DNA from: Flavobacteriales bacterium
GTDB taxonomy: Bacteria; Bacteroidota; Bacteroidia; Flavobacteriales_D; Sanyastnellaceae
Reading direction: 5' to 3'
Assembly (NCBI GenBank): GCA_049627085.1
Contig: JBMZWX010000005.1
Coordinates: 9,395 to 73,394, forward strand
Length of the DNA: 64,000 bases
In this document: piece after piece, positions 1 to 10,116 of the stretch
Position numbering within the stretch: position 1 is the first letter of the stretch
Layout of the letters: every line of letters starts with the position of its first letter
The notes under the pieces: generated by a model
The model's input: only the letters and a program-made list of their open reading frames with translations
The model's database searches: none
Told to the model about the DNA's origin: nothing
Program-made: the position numbers and the translations under genes

Positions 1-59
1 ACGCAACCACCGTCGACAAGGCGGACGTGCCCAACATCAAGCGTCAGTTGTTGGTCTGA
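1..59 (+). CDS. rpmI: 50S ribosomal protein L35, C-terminal fragment (gene starts upstream of window)
   Basis: Frame 3 reads ...ATTVDKADVPNIKRQLLV* with TGA at 57-59. This resembles L35 C-termini, and it lies directly upstream of rplT as in the infC-rpmI-rplT operon. Confidence 0.6.
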   Translation, partial: ATTVDKADVPNIKRQLLV

Positions 60-154
60 TCGACCAACCGAAGACACTGGTTTGTTTCACCCGGTGTTTG
101 GCCTTTCAAGTTTGAGCATCTGCCCAACGCCAACCACCAAACAAGAACACAAAA

Positions 155-499
155 ATGCCAAGATCAAAAAATGCCGTGGCCTCACGCGCTCGTCGCAAGA
201 AGGTCCTCAAAATGGCGAAGGGGTACTACGGTGCCCGCAAGAACGTCTGGACGGTCGCCAAAAACGCCGTCGAAAAAGGTCTCCAATACGCCTACGTCGG
301 ACGGAAACTCCGCAAGCGTCAATTCCGCAGCTTGTGGATTCAGCGCATCAACGCTGGAGCCCGTCAGCACGGAATGTCCTACAGCGTATTCATGGGCAAG
401 CTGTCCAAGTCGGGCATCGAGCTCAACCGCAAGGTCCTCGCGGACCTCGCCATGAACCACCCCGAAGCCTTCAAGGCCGTGGTGGACAAAATCAAATAA
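155..499 (+). CDS. rplT: 50S ribosomal protein L20
   Basis: 114 aa with an ATG start. [30 protein letters not shown]... is a typical L20 N-terminus and length. Confidence 0.97.
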   Translation: MPRSKNAVASRARRKKVLKMAKGYYGARKNVWTVAKNAVEKGLQYAYVGRKLRKRQFRSLWIQRINAGARQHGMSYSVFMGKLSKSGIELNRKVLADLAMNHPEAFKAVVDKIK

Positions 500-529
500 G
501 AACAATCACCTGTGGTGGGTGACAAAGAA

Positions 530-556
530 GGGCGGTCCTCACGGGCCGCCCTTTTT
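530..556. terminator. Rho-independent terminator between convergent rplT and the TPR gene
   Basis: GC stem GGGCGG..CCGCCC is followed by TTTTT. It lies in the 80-nt gap between two convergent stops. Confidence 0.6.
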
Positions 557-579
557 CATGGGACAAACGATGGCGCCAC

Positions 580-1641
580 TCAGCGGTCCAACACGCGTTG
601 GAGGGCCAGCGCGGCCGACGTGAAATCAGGCTTGTAGCGCAAAGCCTCACGGTAGTCCAGTTCCGCCTGGGTCAAGTCGTCCAAACTCTCGTAGGCCAAT
701 CCCCGGTTGTAGAACGCTTGGTGGTAGTAAGGCAGCGCGTCGATGGCTTGGCTGAAGTGCACCACGGCGCTGTCGTACTGCTGAAAGTGTTCCAAGTGGA
801 TGAATCCTTGGTTGAAGGCGGCCGTGGCATTCTGACTGTCGAGTTTCAGGATGTCGCGGTACAAGTCAAGGGCACGAAGCAAGAAAGGCCGAGACGTGGG
901 CTGGCGTTCTTGCAGGAAGTACGCCAGGTTGTACTTGGCTTCCACGCTGTTGGGGTTGAGTTCCATCGCCGTCGAGTAGTACCCAATGGCAAGGGTGTCG
1001 TTTTCCGCGGCCAGGGCCAAGCCCAAGGCGATGTAGCCGTCGAAGAAATCTGGATTGACCTCCACAGCGGTTTGGAACGAGCTCTTGGCGTTGGCCGCGT
1101 TGCCTTGGTCGCGGTAAATCATGCCCTTCATCCAGTACGCTTCGTGGTTCAAGGCGTCTTGGCGGAGTACGTCGTTCAATTTGGCGAAGGCCTCAGGGTG
1201 TTGGCCCAAGTGGATGTGCATTTCAGCACGCCGGAGCAAGCAGGGGATGTGCCCAGGTGCCACTTCCAAGCACGCGTCCAAATGCTCAATGCAGGGCTCA
1301 AAGGCCTGGGTCAAGTACAACGCGTCGGCCTTGGCGCTCCACGCAGGGGCGTGGTTGGAGTCGGCCTTGAGCGCGAGGTTGAGGTCTTCCAAACCCAAGG
1401 TGATTCGGCCTTGGCGCAGATGCCACGCCGCACGGTCCACATACCTGCTGGCGTCTTCTGGGGATTCCAGAATCCACGCATTGAAGTGGGCGGCGCTGTC
1501 CAGGCTGCTGGCGTCCTGAGCGTCTGTGTCTGTGGCGTCAGGTGAAGGATTGCCGCAGCCCACAAATGCCAAAGCGAGGAGTCCCATGGACACCCCGCTT
1601 TGCATGTTGTGTTTGAATCGAGAAAGCAGCGACGGGATCAT
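580..1641 (-). CDS. TPR-repeat lipoprotein
   Basis: 353 aa. It has a lipobox-like signal ([10 protein letters not shown]) and repeated TPR-like A/Y/L patterns. Its ATG overlaps the recA stop (ATGA). Confidence 0.8.
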   Translation of the reverse strand: MIPSLLSRFKHNMQSGVSMGLLALAFVGCGNPSPDATDTDAQDASSLDSAAHFNAWILESPEDASRYVDRAAWHLRQGRITLGLEDLNLALKADSNHAPAWSAKADALYLTQAFEPCIEHLDACLEVAPGHIPCLLRRAEMHIHLGQHPEAFAKLNDVLRQDALNHEAYWMKGMIYRDQGNAANAKSSFQTAVEVNPDFFDGYIALGLALAAENDTLAIGYYSTAMELNPNSVEAKYNLAYFLQERQPTSRPFLLRALDLYRDILKLDSQNATAAFNQGFIHLEHFQQYDSAVVHFSQAIDALPYYHQAFYNRGLAYESLDDLTQAELDYREALRYKPDFTSAALALQRVLDR

Positions 1642-2672
1642 GCCAATTCTGCAGCTTCCTCTTCGGTGGTTTCCGCCTTGGTGGGGCGCACGGCCTCCAC
1701 AATCTTGGCTTCCAATTCTTCCATCAATTCAGGGTTGTCTTCAATCAACCCTTTCACGGCGTCCCGGCCTTGACCCAATTTGGTGTCGCCGTAAGAGAAC
1801 CAGGAACCGCTTTTCTTGATGATCCCGTGGTCCACGCCGAGGTCGATGATTTCGCCAGACTTGGAAATGCCTTCGCCATACATGATGTCAAATTCCGCAC
1901 GGCGGAAGGGGGGAGCCACCTTGTTCTTGACGATTTTGACTTTGGTGCGGTTGCCCTGCACGACGTCGCCGTCCTTGATTTGGGTGGAGCGCCGGATGTC
2001 GATGCGCACCGAAGAGTAAAACTTCAACGCGTTTCCACCGGTGGTGGTTTCTGGGTTGCCAAACATCACCCCAATCTTCTCGCGAAGCTGGTTGATGAAG
2101 ATGCAGCAGCAGCCTGTCTTGCTGATGGTCCCGGTGAGCTTCCGCAACGCTTTCGACATGAGTCGCGCTTGCAAGCCGACAGAACTGTCGGACATTTCCC
2201 CTTCGATTTCAGCGCGGGGCGTCAGGGCGGCGACTGAGTCAATCACAATCAGATCGATGGCGCCTGAACGGATGAGGTTGTCTGCAATTTCAAGGGCTTG
2301 CTCGCCGTTGTCCGGCTGCGAAATCAAGAGGTTCTCGGTGTCCACGCCCAGGTTCTCGGCGTAGAATTTGTCGAAGGCGTGTTCGGCGTCGACGATGGCG
2401 CAGATGCCGCCTTGCTTTTGGCACTCGGCAATGGCGTGGATGGCCAGCGTGGTTTTTCCTGAAGATTCTGGGCCATAAATCTCGACGACGCGTCCCTTGG
2501 GGTACCCGCCTATGCCGAGGGCAAGGTCGAGGTTGAGACTTCCGCTGGGGATGGCGTCAATTTTCTCCACCGCTTCCGCGCCGAGTTTCATCACGGTGCC
2601 CTTGCCGTAAGTCTTGTCCAACCGGTCCATGGTCAGTTGGAGGGCTTTCAATTTGTCGTTGTTGGCTGCCAT
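1638..2672 (-). CDS. recA: Recombinase RecA
   Basis: Start trimmed to ATG 2672 ([25 protein letters not shown]). It has Walker [10 protein letters not shown] and the [14 protein letters not shown] block. The upstream 63 codons of the ORF are read-through. Confidence 0.97.
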   Translation of the reverse strand: MAANNDKLKALQLTMDRLDKTYGKGTVMKLGAEAVEKIDAIPSGSLNLDLALGIGGYPKGRVVEIYGPESSGKTTLAIHAIAECQKQGGICAIVDAEHAFDKFYAENLGVDTENLLISQPDNGEQALEIADNLIRSGAIDLIVIDSVAALTPRAEIEGEMSDSSVGLQARLMSKALRKLTGTISKTGCCCIFINQLREKIGVMFGNPETTTGGNALKFYSSVRIDIRRSTQIKDGDVVQGNRTKVKIVKNKVAPPFRRAEFDIMYGEGISKSGEIIDLGVDHGIIKKSGSWFSYGDTKLGQGRDAVKGLIEDNPELMEELEAKIVEAVRPTKAETTEEEAAELA

Positions 2673-2689
2673 TGTTCTGTTGTTTGGGG

Positions 2690-2697
2690 CGAAGGTA
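2690..2697 (-). promoter_or_regulatory. Candidate -7 promoter box (variant TACCTTCG) for recA
   Basis: The minus strand reads TACCTTCG, 17 nt upstream of recA ATG 2672. The same 8-mer recurs at four other gene starts. Confidence 0.4.
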
Positions 2698-2775
2698 TTC
2701 GGGTCACTCCGTAAAGGACTTACGGAGGGGGCTCCGTTTTGTCCACGACGGCTTGAAATCAATGAACGTCGGGCT

Positions 2776-3249
2776 TCACGCCTCAGTATGAAGGATTTCT
2801 TCCGCGTGCGCTTTGACCTTGGGTTTGGCGATGATGCGTCCGATGGTGCCGTCCGCCTCAATCACAAATGTGGTGCGGTGCGTGCCGTCGAATTCTCGGC
2901 CCATGAACTTCTTGGGGCCCCAGACTCCGAAGGCGTGGTGCACGCTCAACTCCTCGTCGCAGAGCAGGTCAAACCCGAGGCCATGCTTGTCGATGAATTT
3001 GTGGTGCGATTTGGCGGGGTCCTTGCTGACCCCCAAGACGGTGTAGCCCGCGGCTTTCAGCGCACCCAAGTTCTCGTTCAAGTTGCATGCTTGGTTCGTG
3101 CACCCAGGGGTGTTGTCCTTGGGATAGAAGTACAAGACCAACTTTTGTCCTGCAAATTCAGCCAACGTCCGGACGTTGCCATGTTGGTCTGGGGCGGAGA
3201 ACGCGGGGGCGTTGTCGCCAACCTGGAGGGGGGAAATGCATGTCGCCAT
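2776..3249 (-). CDS. bcp: Thioredoxin-dependent thiol peroxidase (peroxiredoxin Bcp)
   Basis: 157 aa with the [11 protein letters not shown] peroxidatic Cys motif and Bcp-like length. Confidence 0.93.
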   Translation of the reverse strand: MATCISPLQVGDNAPAFSAPDQHGNVRTLAEFAGQKLVLYFYPKDNTPGCTNQACNLNENLGALKAAGYTVLGVSKDPAKSHHKFIDKHGLGFDLLCDEELSVHHAFGVWGPKKFMGREFDGTHRTTFVIEADGTIGRIIAKPKVKAHAEEILHTEA

Positions 3250-3311
3250 GCTTCAAAGAACACGCGGAAGCCTGCGAGGTTTGCGCGCCGTGAGTCCTAA
3301 TTTTCCCCTTC

Positions 3312-5768
3312 GTGTCCACAGCTTCTCACACATCCCCCACATACGTCGAGGTGGTGGTGCCTTTGGCTCTGCCCAAAACGCTGACGTACAAGTGGTTTGA
3401 CGACGGTTCGGAGCCGGTGGTGGGCGCGCGCGTGGTGGTGGCACTCGGCCGAAAAAAGTGGACAGCCATCGTCTGGGAGAGCCACCAAAGGTCCCCAGAG
3501 GGCTACGTGGCCAAGGAGGTGGAAGCCGTGGTGGACGAAACGCCCATCATGACGCTGGCACAACGCGACCTCTTTGCGTGGATGGCGTCCCATTACATGT
3601 GCACCCTGGGTGAGATGATTGGCGCGGCCCTTCCTGCGGGAATGAAGTTGGAAAGCACCACCCAAATCGTGGTGCACCCGGACGCCGACCAGGTGTCGGA
3701 ATCCGGATTGAGCGACACGGTGCTGCTGCTCTTGGACGCCTTGCATGTGCGGGAGGCCATGACGTTGCGTGAATGCGCAGACCTCTTGGACGTTCGCCAC
3801 CCCCAACGCATCATCAAGACGTTGATCCAACGAGGCCTTGTGTTGACCAAAGAGGAACTCCAGGAGCACACCCAACCCAAGCCCGTCGCCTGGCTCAAGG
3901 TGGCCGATGGGGTGACCGAGTCGGAGCTGTCCGAAGCTTTGGCGTGGGCAGGGGTTCGGGCCGCGGCCATGGAGCGCCTGTTGCTGACGGTGGTGGAGCA
4001 CGGCGAATTGCCCAAGATTCAAGCCCAAAAACGCAGCCGAACCGACGCCGCCACCGTCAAAAAGTGGGTGGAGCGTGGCATCTTGCAGCTAGAGGACCGC
4101 GAGCCTGCCCAGCCCAGCGCACCCGGTGCGGCGAGCTTGCCATCGCTGTCCGACGCCCAAACCAAAGCCTACAACGACGTCCACAGTTCGCTGGTGGCGC
4201 GCACGCCTGTGTTGTTGCAAGGCGTCACAGGATCTGGAAAGACAGAGATCTACACCCACCTCATTGCCGAGGCGTTGTCTGCAGGAAACCAAGTGTTGTT
4301 CTTGGTGCCGGAAATCGCCTTGACGACCCAGTTGATCGCCCGCCTGCGTCGGTTCTTTGGCGACGTGGTGCAGGTGTACCACAGTCGGTTTTCCAGCCGA
4401 GAGCGGACCAACACCTGGATGCAGGTCATGGCGCCGAAACAGGGCCAGCTCATTGTGGGGGCGCGCAGTGCAGTGCTGTTGCCCTTGCCCAAGCTGGGGT
4501 TGATTGTGGTCGACGAAGAACACGAACCCAGTTTCAAGCAACACGACCCCGCCCCCCGCTACCACGCCCGCGACGTGGCCTTGTGGTTGGCCGCCAAGAA
4601 CAAAGTACCCACGGTACTTGGGTCGGCGACCCCAGCCGTGGAGACGCAGTGGCTGGTGGACCAAGGCCGCCTCAACCGGGTCTCGTTGACGGAGCGGTTT
4701 GGGGGCGCGATGCTGCCAGAGATTTTCGTGGCGGATTTGAAGAAGGAGCACAAGCAACGCAGCATGCGAGGCGGGTTCAGCAAGTTGCTCCGAGACGAGA
4801 TGGATGTGGCGTTGGACGCGGGCAGGCAGGTGATCCTGTTCCAAAACCGCCGCGGGTACGCCCCCTCGATGCAATGCACACAATGCGGCCACGCCACGTC
4901 GTGCGAGCGTTGCGACATCCCCCTGGTGGTGCACAAAACCTTGGGGGGGCTGCACTGTCACCATTGCGGGTACCACGAGCGGCCGGCGCCTACGACATGT
5001 ATCGCTTGCGGCAGCACGGCACTCAAGCCGCAGGGGTTGGGCACCGAGCGCATCGAGGAAGAACTCCAAGAGCTGTTCCCCACGGCACGCGTGGCACGCA
5101 TGGACTTGGACACCACGCGGAAAAAGACGGACCACGCCAGGCTGTTGGAGGCCTTTGCAGACCAGGAGTACGACATCTTGGTGGGGACCCAGATGGTGTC
5201 CAAAGGCCTCGATTTCGCGAACGTTGGCTTGGTTGGGGTGTTGTCTGCCGACCGCATGCTCACGTTCCCGGATTTCCGGTCCTTTGAACGGGCGTATCAA
5301 ATGTTGACCCAGGTGTCAGGCCGCGCAGGCCGCTCCAAGGAGGGACCTCGGGGGAAGGTGGTCATTCAATCGTTCAGCGCCGACCACTGGTTGTTGCAGT
5401 ACGTCGTGGGGCAAGACCACGAGGCTTTGGTGAAGCGTGAATTGATCGAGCGCCAGACCTACATGTACCCGCCCTTTGTGCGGATGGTCCGCCTAACGCT
5501 GAAGCATTCTGACGCCCAGCGGGTGGAGGCCGGTGCGTCCGTGTTGGCGGCCCGTTTGCACCAGCGGTTTGGGGACCGTGTCATTGGGCCAGACACGCCT
5601 GCTTTGGCGCGCATCAACGACCTGCACATCCGTCAACTCACCCTGAAGTTCGAGCGAAGCTTGTCGCCCCAGCAGTACCGTCCGTTGCTCGAGGCTGACT
5701 TGGAAGAATTTCAGAAGGACGCGCGTTGGAAGCGCCTTCGCCTGACCGTGGACGTGGATCCGGTTTAA
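3312..5768 (+). CDS. priA: Primosomal protein N' (replication restart helicase PriA)
   Basis: 818 aa with a GTG start. It has Walker A GVTGSGKT, a DEEH box and Cys-rich zinc motifs (CTQCGH..CERC, CHHCG..CIACG). Confidence 0.93.
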   Translation: MSTASHTSPTYVEVVVPLALPKTLTYKWFDDGSEPVVGARVVVALGRKKWTAIVWESHQRSPEGYVAKEVEAVVDETPIMTLAQRDLFAWMASHYMCTLGEMIGAALPAGMKLESTTQIVVHPDADQVSESGLSDTVLLLLDALHVREAMTLRECADLLDVRHPQRIIKTLIQRGLVLTKEELQEHTQPKPVAWLKVADGVTESELSEALAWAGVRAAAMERLLLTVVEHGELPKIQAQKRSRTDAATVKKWVERGILQLEDREPAQPSAPGAASLPSLSDAQTKAYNDVHSSLVARTPVLLQGVTGSGKTEIYTHLIAEALSAGNQVLFLVPEIALTTQLIARLRRFFGDVVQVYHSRFSSRERTNTWMQVMAPKQGQLIVGARSAVLLPLPKLGLIVVDEEHEPSFKQHDPAPRYHARDVALWLAAKNKVPTVLGSATPAVETQWLVDQGRLNRVSLTERFGGAMLPEIFVADLKKEHKQRSMRGGFSKLLRDEMDVALDAGRQVILFQNRRGYAPSMQCTQCGHATSCERCDIPLVVHKTLGGLHCHHCGYHERPAPTTCIACGSTALKPQGLGTERIEEELQELFPTARVARMDLDTTRKKTDHARLLEAFADQEYDILVGTQMVSKGLDFANVGLVGVLSADRMLTFPDFRSFERAYQMLTQVSGRAGRSKEGPRGKVVIQSFSADHWLLQYVVGQDHEALVKRELIERQTYMYPPFVRMVRLTLKHSDAQRVEAGASVLAARLHQRFGDRVIGPDTPALARINDLHIRQLTLKFERSLSPQQYRPLLEADLEEFQKDARWKRLRLTVDVDPV

Positions 5769-6871
5769 CGAACGACCGTTTGCTTGAGCGTGGTTCGGAA
5801 CGTTCCGGCGTGCGCCACTTGGGGTTGGAAGGTGGCCTCCACCAACGGGGCGCGTTCAAGCCAAGTGCCGATGTCAGACTGGGAAAGGCGTGTGGTGCCT
5901 GGAGTCAAGGTGACTTGGTGTGAACCCAGTTGACATCCTTGCATGTCGAATCCACGCAACGTCCATTGGCCGTCTTGCGCCTGGGCCAATTCCAATTGCG
6001 CGCCCGCCCATGCAGCGTGGGTGTCGAAGGGGGCCACCCATTCAGTCACATCGTTCCAGTCCATCAGGTTGCCGAAGTACACGGTGTTGTTGCCGCTGCA
6101 CGCGACCGCATAAGTGTCGCCAGCGGTGTTGATGCTGAGGTCGGCCGGGTTGCTCAAGGGGCTGCCTTGCACCAGGGTTTCGCCCTCGGACCATGCGCCT
6201 TCGTCGTCCATGGTGAACAAGGAAAGCCGCTGAGGAGACCAGGAGCTGACCACAAAGCTTCCCCACACGTGGTCGACGCCGTCGCAGTTGCCCAGTCCGG
6301 AGTTGGCGAGGACGGTGCTTTGTTCGCCCGTCTCGACATCGATGGCCAGCACAGAGGCGTTGCCTCCCCAATTCACGACGTACGCCGTTTGGTCCACCAC
6401 GGTGACGCCATTGGGCGTCGTGCCGGTGTTGCCCACCAGCGTGCTGACTTGCATGTCCGAAGGGTCGGTCACGTCCACTTTCAGGATGCGGCCAGTGCCA
6501 AAGTCGCTGACCACCAGAAAATCCCCTTGGTCGTTGCTGTAGCTGCCCATCCCGTTGAGGAACGTGACGCCGATCGGAATGACAGAACCGATTTGGCCTT
6601 CAGTCACCACGTCGTAGGCGCGGAGCACGTTGTTTTGGATGGCGAACAACGTCGACCCCACGACTTCCATGCCGTGGGTGGCACCGCCGCTTCCGAAGGT
6701 GCTCCACGTCACGCCCTCGTCCGCCGTCACCAACATGCTGCTGCCGTTGCTCACCACCCAACGGTCGCTGTTGGGCTCGTACTCGACGGCTTCAATGGAC
6801 GTGAGGGTTTGGCCCCACGCGGAGGTCAAACACGCGGCGGAACAGAGCAGGAGGGAAGACAGTCGTTTCAT
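5765..6871 (-). CDS. Secreted beta-propeller-like protein with a probable T9SS C-terminal domain
   Basis: 368 aa. It has a signal peptide (MKRLSSLLLCSAACLTSAWGQ), repeated G/D/V-rich strand patterns and a C-terminal ~80 aa resembling a Por sorting domain ending KQTVVR. Confidence 0.7.
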   Translation of the reverse strand: MKRLSSLLLCSAACLTSAWGQTLTSIEAVEYEPNSDRWVVSNGSSMLVTADEGVTWSTFGSGGATHGMEVVGSTLFAIQNNVLRAYDVVTEGQIGSVIPIGVTFLNGMGSYSNDQGDFLVVSDFGTGRILKVDVTDPSDMQVSTLVGNTGTTPNGVTVVDQTAYVVNWGGNASVLAIDVETGEQSTVLANSGLGNCDGVDHVWGSFVVSSWSPQRLSLFTMDDEGAWSEGETLVQGSPLSNPADLSINTAGDTYAVACSGNNTVYFGNLMDWNDVTEWVAPFDTHAAWAGAQLELAQAQDGQWTLRGFDMQGCQLGSHQVTLTPGTTRLSQSDIGTWLERAPLVEATFQPQVAHAGTFRTTLKQTVVR

Positions 6872-6876
6872 GGACC

Positions 6877-6884
6877 GGAAGGTA
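6877..6884 (-). promoter_or_regulatory. Candidate -7 box variant TACCTTCC, 5 nt from ATG 6871
   Basis: The minus strand reads GTACCTTCC-ggtcc-ATG. It is a near-match to TAnnTTTG. Confidence 0.3.
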
Positions 6885-6889
6885 CGGCC

Positions 6890-7192
6890 TCAGTCCTCCG
6901 ATTCTTGCGGGGTGTGCCGAGACCAGGTGCGTGCAGCCAGGATGTAAAACACCGTGAAGAGGCCGGCGGCCGCCAGCCCATACCAGGCTGCGCCCGACCA
7001 ATCCGGCGGGTTGAGTCCCATCTCACGGGCCTGTTGTGCCGAGAGGCTGTCGGTGAGTCCGTGGGTCACCTTCCATACGCGGTACAGTTGGTTTTTGACC
7101 AGGGTGGTGCTGCCAAACCCCACGATCGGCGCCAGCACGAGCCAGCCTTGGAACCAAGGCTCGTATTGGGCGCGAAGCTCCCTGAAAGTCAT
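6890..7192 (-). CDS. Small two-TM membrane protein (unknown family)
   Basis: Start trimmed to MTFRELRAQYEPWF. That ATG overlaps the yggS stop (ATGA at 7189-7192). There are two hydrophobic segments. Confidence 0.55.
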   Translation of the reverse strand: MTFRELRAQYEPWFQGWLVLAPIVGFGSTTLVKNQLYRVWKVTHGLTDSLSAQQAREMGLNPPDWSGAAWYGLAAAGLFTVFYILAARTWSRHTPQESED

Positions 7193-7911
7193 GGCTTGGG
7201 GGTGTTGCGCCCCCCAAAAATGGCGCTGCCCACACGGACCATGGTGCTGCCTTCTTTCACAGCCAAAGGCCAGTCGCCGCTCATGCCCATGCTCAGGGTG
7301 TGCCACCCAGCTCCGCGCTCCGAGGCCACGGTGCCCAAGGGGTGTTTCAAGGCTTCAAACAAGCTTCGAAGCGACTTGAATTCTTCGCGCACCTGGGCTT
7401 GGTCGTCCGTGAAGGTGGCCATGCCCATCAATCCCACCGGCCGCAGGTGCGGGTACGCCTCCCACACCTCAGGTCGTGCGAGGTCGCGGAGTTCTTCCGG
7501 ACTGAAGCCAAACTTGGTGGACTCGGCCGCGATGTGCACCTGCAGCAGGAGGTCGACGTTCCGGTTCAGCTTGGCCGCTTCCCGCTCCATCACGTCCAGG
7601 ACTTTCACCCGATCCACACCGTGCACCAAGTGCACACAGGGCAGGAAGTCCTTGATTTTGTTGGTTTGGATGTGGCCAATCATGTGCCACCGGATGTCCT
7701 GGGGCAGCCGCCCCGCTTTGCCGACCAATTCCTGCACGCGGTTCTCCCCGAAGTCGCGCTGGCCTGCGTCGTAGGCGGCCTGGAGGTCTTCGTCGGGTTT
7801 GGTCTTGCTGACGGCGACCACGTGCACCTCGTGGCCGGCTTCCTGGGCACGCTCGTCCACTTGGGCTTGCACGGCGAGCAGGTTGTCCTTCACGGAATGA
7901 CGGTTCGTCAT
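7189..7911 (-). CDS. yggS: YggS-family pyridoxal-phosphate homeostasis protein
   Basis: Start trimmed to MTNRHSVKDNLLAVQ. It has the PLP-lysine context VAVSKTKP and an alanine-racemase-N fold pattern. Its ATG overlaps the DUF1015 stop. Confidence 0.9.
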   Translation of the reverse strand: MTNRHSVKDNLLAVQAQVDERAQEAGHEVHVVAVSKTKPDEDLQAAYDAGQRDFGENRVQELVGKAGRLPQDIRWHMIGHIQTNKIKDFLPCVHLVHGVDRVKVLDVMEREAAKLNRNVDLLLQVHIAAESTKFGFSPEELRDLARPEVWEAYPHLRPVGLMGMATFTDDQAQVREEFKSLRSLFEALKHPLGTVASERGAGWHTLSMGMSGDWPLAVKEGSTMVRVGSAIFGGRNTPKP

Positions 7912-9158
7912 GGTGCGGCGTTGAATTCGTGGATGAACAAGGCGCTTCGGATTTTGGGCTCCACCCACGTGCTTTTGGGCGGGAGGGTGCCTCCGGCGTC
8001 GGCCACGGCTCGGATGTCCGAGAACGGAATGGGGTGAATCAACACGAGGATGCGATCCGGATGGGCGGCCGCCTGCGCTTGCCAGCCTCCTTCGGGACGC
8101 TGCGGTTCAGGCAGGTGACGGAGTCGCTTGTCGTTGCGCGCGTCGACGATGCCCAGGACGTTCTTGAGAAGGTGAACGTTGACCCAGTCGGCGTCTGTGG
8201 GAGCGTCGCACCCCGGCCGCCGGGTGAGCGTCCAGGATTCACCGTGGAAGGCCACAGTGATTTGCCCCGGCCCTTGGGGAACGTCGCATCCATGCTTGGA
8301 CGGCGACACGTCGCATTCGCCTTGGAGCGATGCGAGGGCTTCGCGCCAGCTTTCAGGTGTCATGAGGATGCCTCGCACTTCCTTGTGGAATCCGAGGATG
8401 GTGAGGTCCTCTTCTGGCACCACCAAGGCCAAAATGTGCGCCGCGCCCGGCAAGTCGGGCCGTGCCTTGTGGAGCCGGTGCGACGAGGCCAAGCGGTGGT
8501 GGCCGTCGGCGAGGTACAGCACGTCTTCACGGCCCCAGGTGTCCGTGAAAGCTTGGCCAGATGGGCTGTGCATGGGCACGCGCCAGATTTCGTGCCGCAC
8601 CCCGTCCGCAGTCATGAAATCGGTGTGGGCAGGCTGCGAGGTGGCCTCAGCCATCACCTTGTTGCAGGCTTGAGCGGTCGTGCTTCCCTGCGGCTTGGCG
8701 CAGAGCACGGGCTCGGCGTGGAAGCCCACGGCGTCCAAGAAGGACGTGAAGAGGGACTCGCGGGAGGCGAGGGTTTGTTCATGCGTGCGCAGTCCTCCCT
8801 CAGCGCAGCACGCCAGGTCCAGGTTGCACACCACCCCCGTCCAGCTGTGGCTCGACGTGGATTGTTTGTACACAAGCCACTCAGGTTCCTCCGCGCCAAC
8901 CAGCCATCCCCTCGATTTGAAGGCGTCGTATTCCGCGCGGACTTCCTCGAAGAAGGCAGGCGTGCCACGCGGCGTGTCGATGTCCCTCGACGCGTCGGGG
9001 TTGATGACCTGGATGTAGGAGTACGGGTTGTGCTTGAGCTTGTCCCGCAGTTCGTCTTTCTGGTAACTCAAATACGACCGGGACGCCACCAAATGCGCCA
9101 TGTGTCGCGGTGGGGTCACCGCGGCCAAAGGCGTCATCAGGGGGCGACGCTCAGTCAT
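7908..9158 (-). CDS. DUF1015 family protein (function unknown)
   Basis: 416 aa. It has the HLVASRSYLSY...NPYSYIQVINPD N-terminus and the ADGHHR motif typical of DUF1015. Its ATG overlaps the serA stop (ATGA 9155-9158). Confidence 0.85.
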   Translation of the reverse strand: MTERRPLMTPLAAVTPPRHMAHLVASRSYLSYQKDELRDKLKHNPYSYIQVINPDASRDIDTPRGTPAFFEEVRAEYDAFKSRGWLVGAEEPEWLVYKQSTSSHSWTGVVCNLDLACCAEGGLRTHEQTLASRESLFTSFLDAVGFHAEPVLCAKPQGSTTAQACNKVMAEATSQPAHTDFMTADGVRHEIWRVPMHSPSGQAFTDTWGREDVLYLADGHHRLASSHRLHKARPDLPGAAHILALVVPEEDLTILGFHKEVRGILMTPESWREALASLQGECDVSPSKHGCDVPQGPGQITVAFHGESWTLTRRPGCDAPTDADWVNVHLLKNVLGIVDARNDKRLRHLPEPQRPEGGWQAQAAAHPDRILVLIHPIPFSDIRAVADAGGTLPPKSTWVEPKIRSALFIHEFNAAP

Positions 9159-10105
9159 GCAAGTGCGTCGATTTGGGCGGCCAATTCGAGGCCGATGCGG
9201 TCTTGGGCTTCCCCTGTGGCCGCGCCAATGTGCGGGGTCAAGGCCACCTTGGGGTGGGCCAAGAGGTCGGCGCGTGGCGCGGGTTCCCCCACAAACACGT
9301 CCAAGCCTGCGCCCGCAATCTCGCCGGCGTCCAATGCCGCCATCAAGGCGTCTTCGTCCACGGATCCGCCACGCGCCGCATTCACCAAAATGGCGTGCGG
9401 CTTCATGGCCTTCAATTGCGCCTCGCCAATCACAGCGCTGCCGTCGGCTTGGGCAGGCACGTGGATGCTCACCATGTCGGCGTTCGCCAGCAAATCTTCA
9501 AGGCTGTGGAGCGGGCAATCGACCGTCAACGTTTGTCCACCGACGGTCAATTCAACCTTGCCGTGGTCCACGAACGGGTCGTGGGCAATGACATTCATGC
9601 CGCAGCCCAGGGCGTAGCTGGCCAGCGACCGGCCGATGCGGCCGAAGCCCACAATGCCGAGGGTCTTGCCCCGCAACTCTGTGCCTTTGCCGTAGGCCTT
9701 CTTGAGTGTTTTGAACTCTTCGGCGCCGCGCCCGGGCATTTGGCGGTTGCTGTCGGCCAAGAAGCGGGCGCAGGAGAACAAGTGTCCCATGACCAATTCT
9801 GCCACGCTCTGCGAGCTGGCGGCTGGGGTGTTGAACACGGTCAGGCCTTTTCCACGTGCGTATTCCACGTCGATGTTGTCCATGCCGACCCCGCCACGGC
9901 CAATGAATTTCAAGGTGGGGCAAGCGTCGATGAGGGGTTGGCGAATCTTGGTGGCCGAGCGCACCAGCACCCCGTCGATGGCGTGCTCGTGGATGAAGGC
10001 TTCAAGTCGGTCGGCGTCGACAAAGTCGGTGTGCAACGTGTGCCCGGCCGCGGTCAAAGCTGCGGCGCCTGAGGGGCTGATTCCGTCGTTGGCGAGGATG
10101 TTCAT
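9155..10105 (-). CDS. serA: D-3-phosphoglycerate dehydrogenase (short, 2-hydroxyacid dehydrogenase family)
   Basis: 316 aa with the NAD motif GIVGFGRIG and a catalytic R/E/H pattern. It is adjacent to serC. Confidence 0.88.
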   Translation of the reverse strand: MNILANDGISPSGAAALTAAGHTLHTDFVDADRLEAFIHEHAIDGVLVRSATKIRQPLIDACPTLKFIGRGGVGMDNIDVEYARGKGLTVFNTPAASSQSVAELVMGHLFSCARFLADSNRQMPGRGAEEFKTLKKAYGKGTELRGKTLGIVGFGRIGRSLASYALGCGMNVIAHDPFVDHGKVELTVGGQTLTVDCPLHSLEDLLANADMVSIHVPAQADGSAVIGEAQLKAMKPHAILVNAARGGSVDEDALMAALDAGEIAGAGLDVFVGEPAPRADLLAHPKVALTPHIGAATGEAQDRIGLELAAQIDALA

Positions 10106-10116
10106 GGGGTCAAAGG

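Noticed and set aside
2707-2727. Hairpin CTCCGTAA-AGGAC-TTACGGAG between bcp and recA, considered as a terminator or riboswitch-like element
   Set aside because: There is no T-run on the bcp (minus) side, it is short, and it has no second structural element. It may be a weak bcp terminator or part of the recA 5' region, but the support is not enough to annotate it.
3773-5287. 504-aa alternative-frame ORF and a 403-aa antisense ORF inside priA
   Set aside because: PriA motifs are continuous in the annotated frame. The alternative frames are R/G/P-rich high-GC artefacts.
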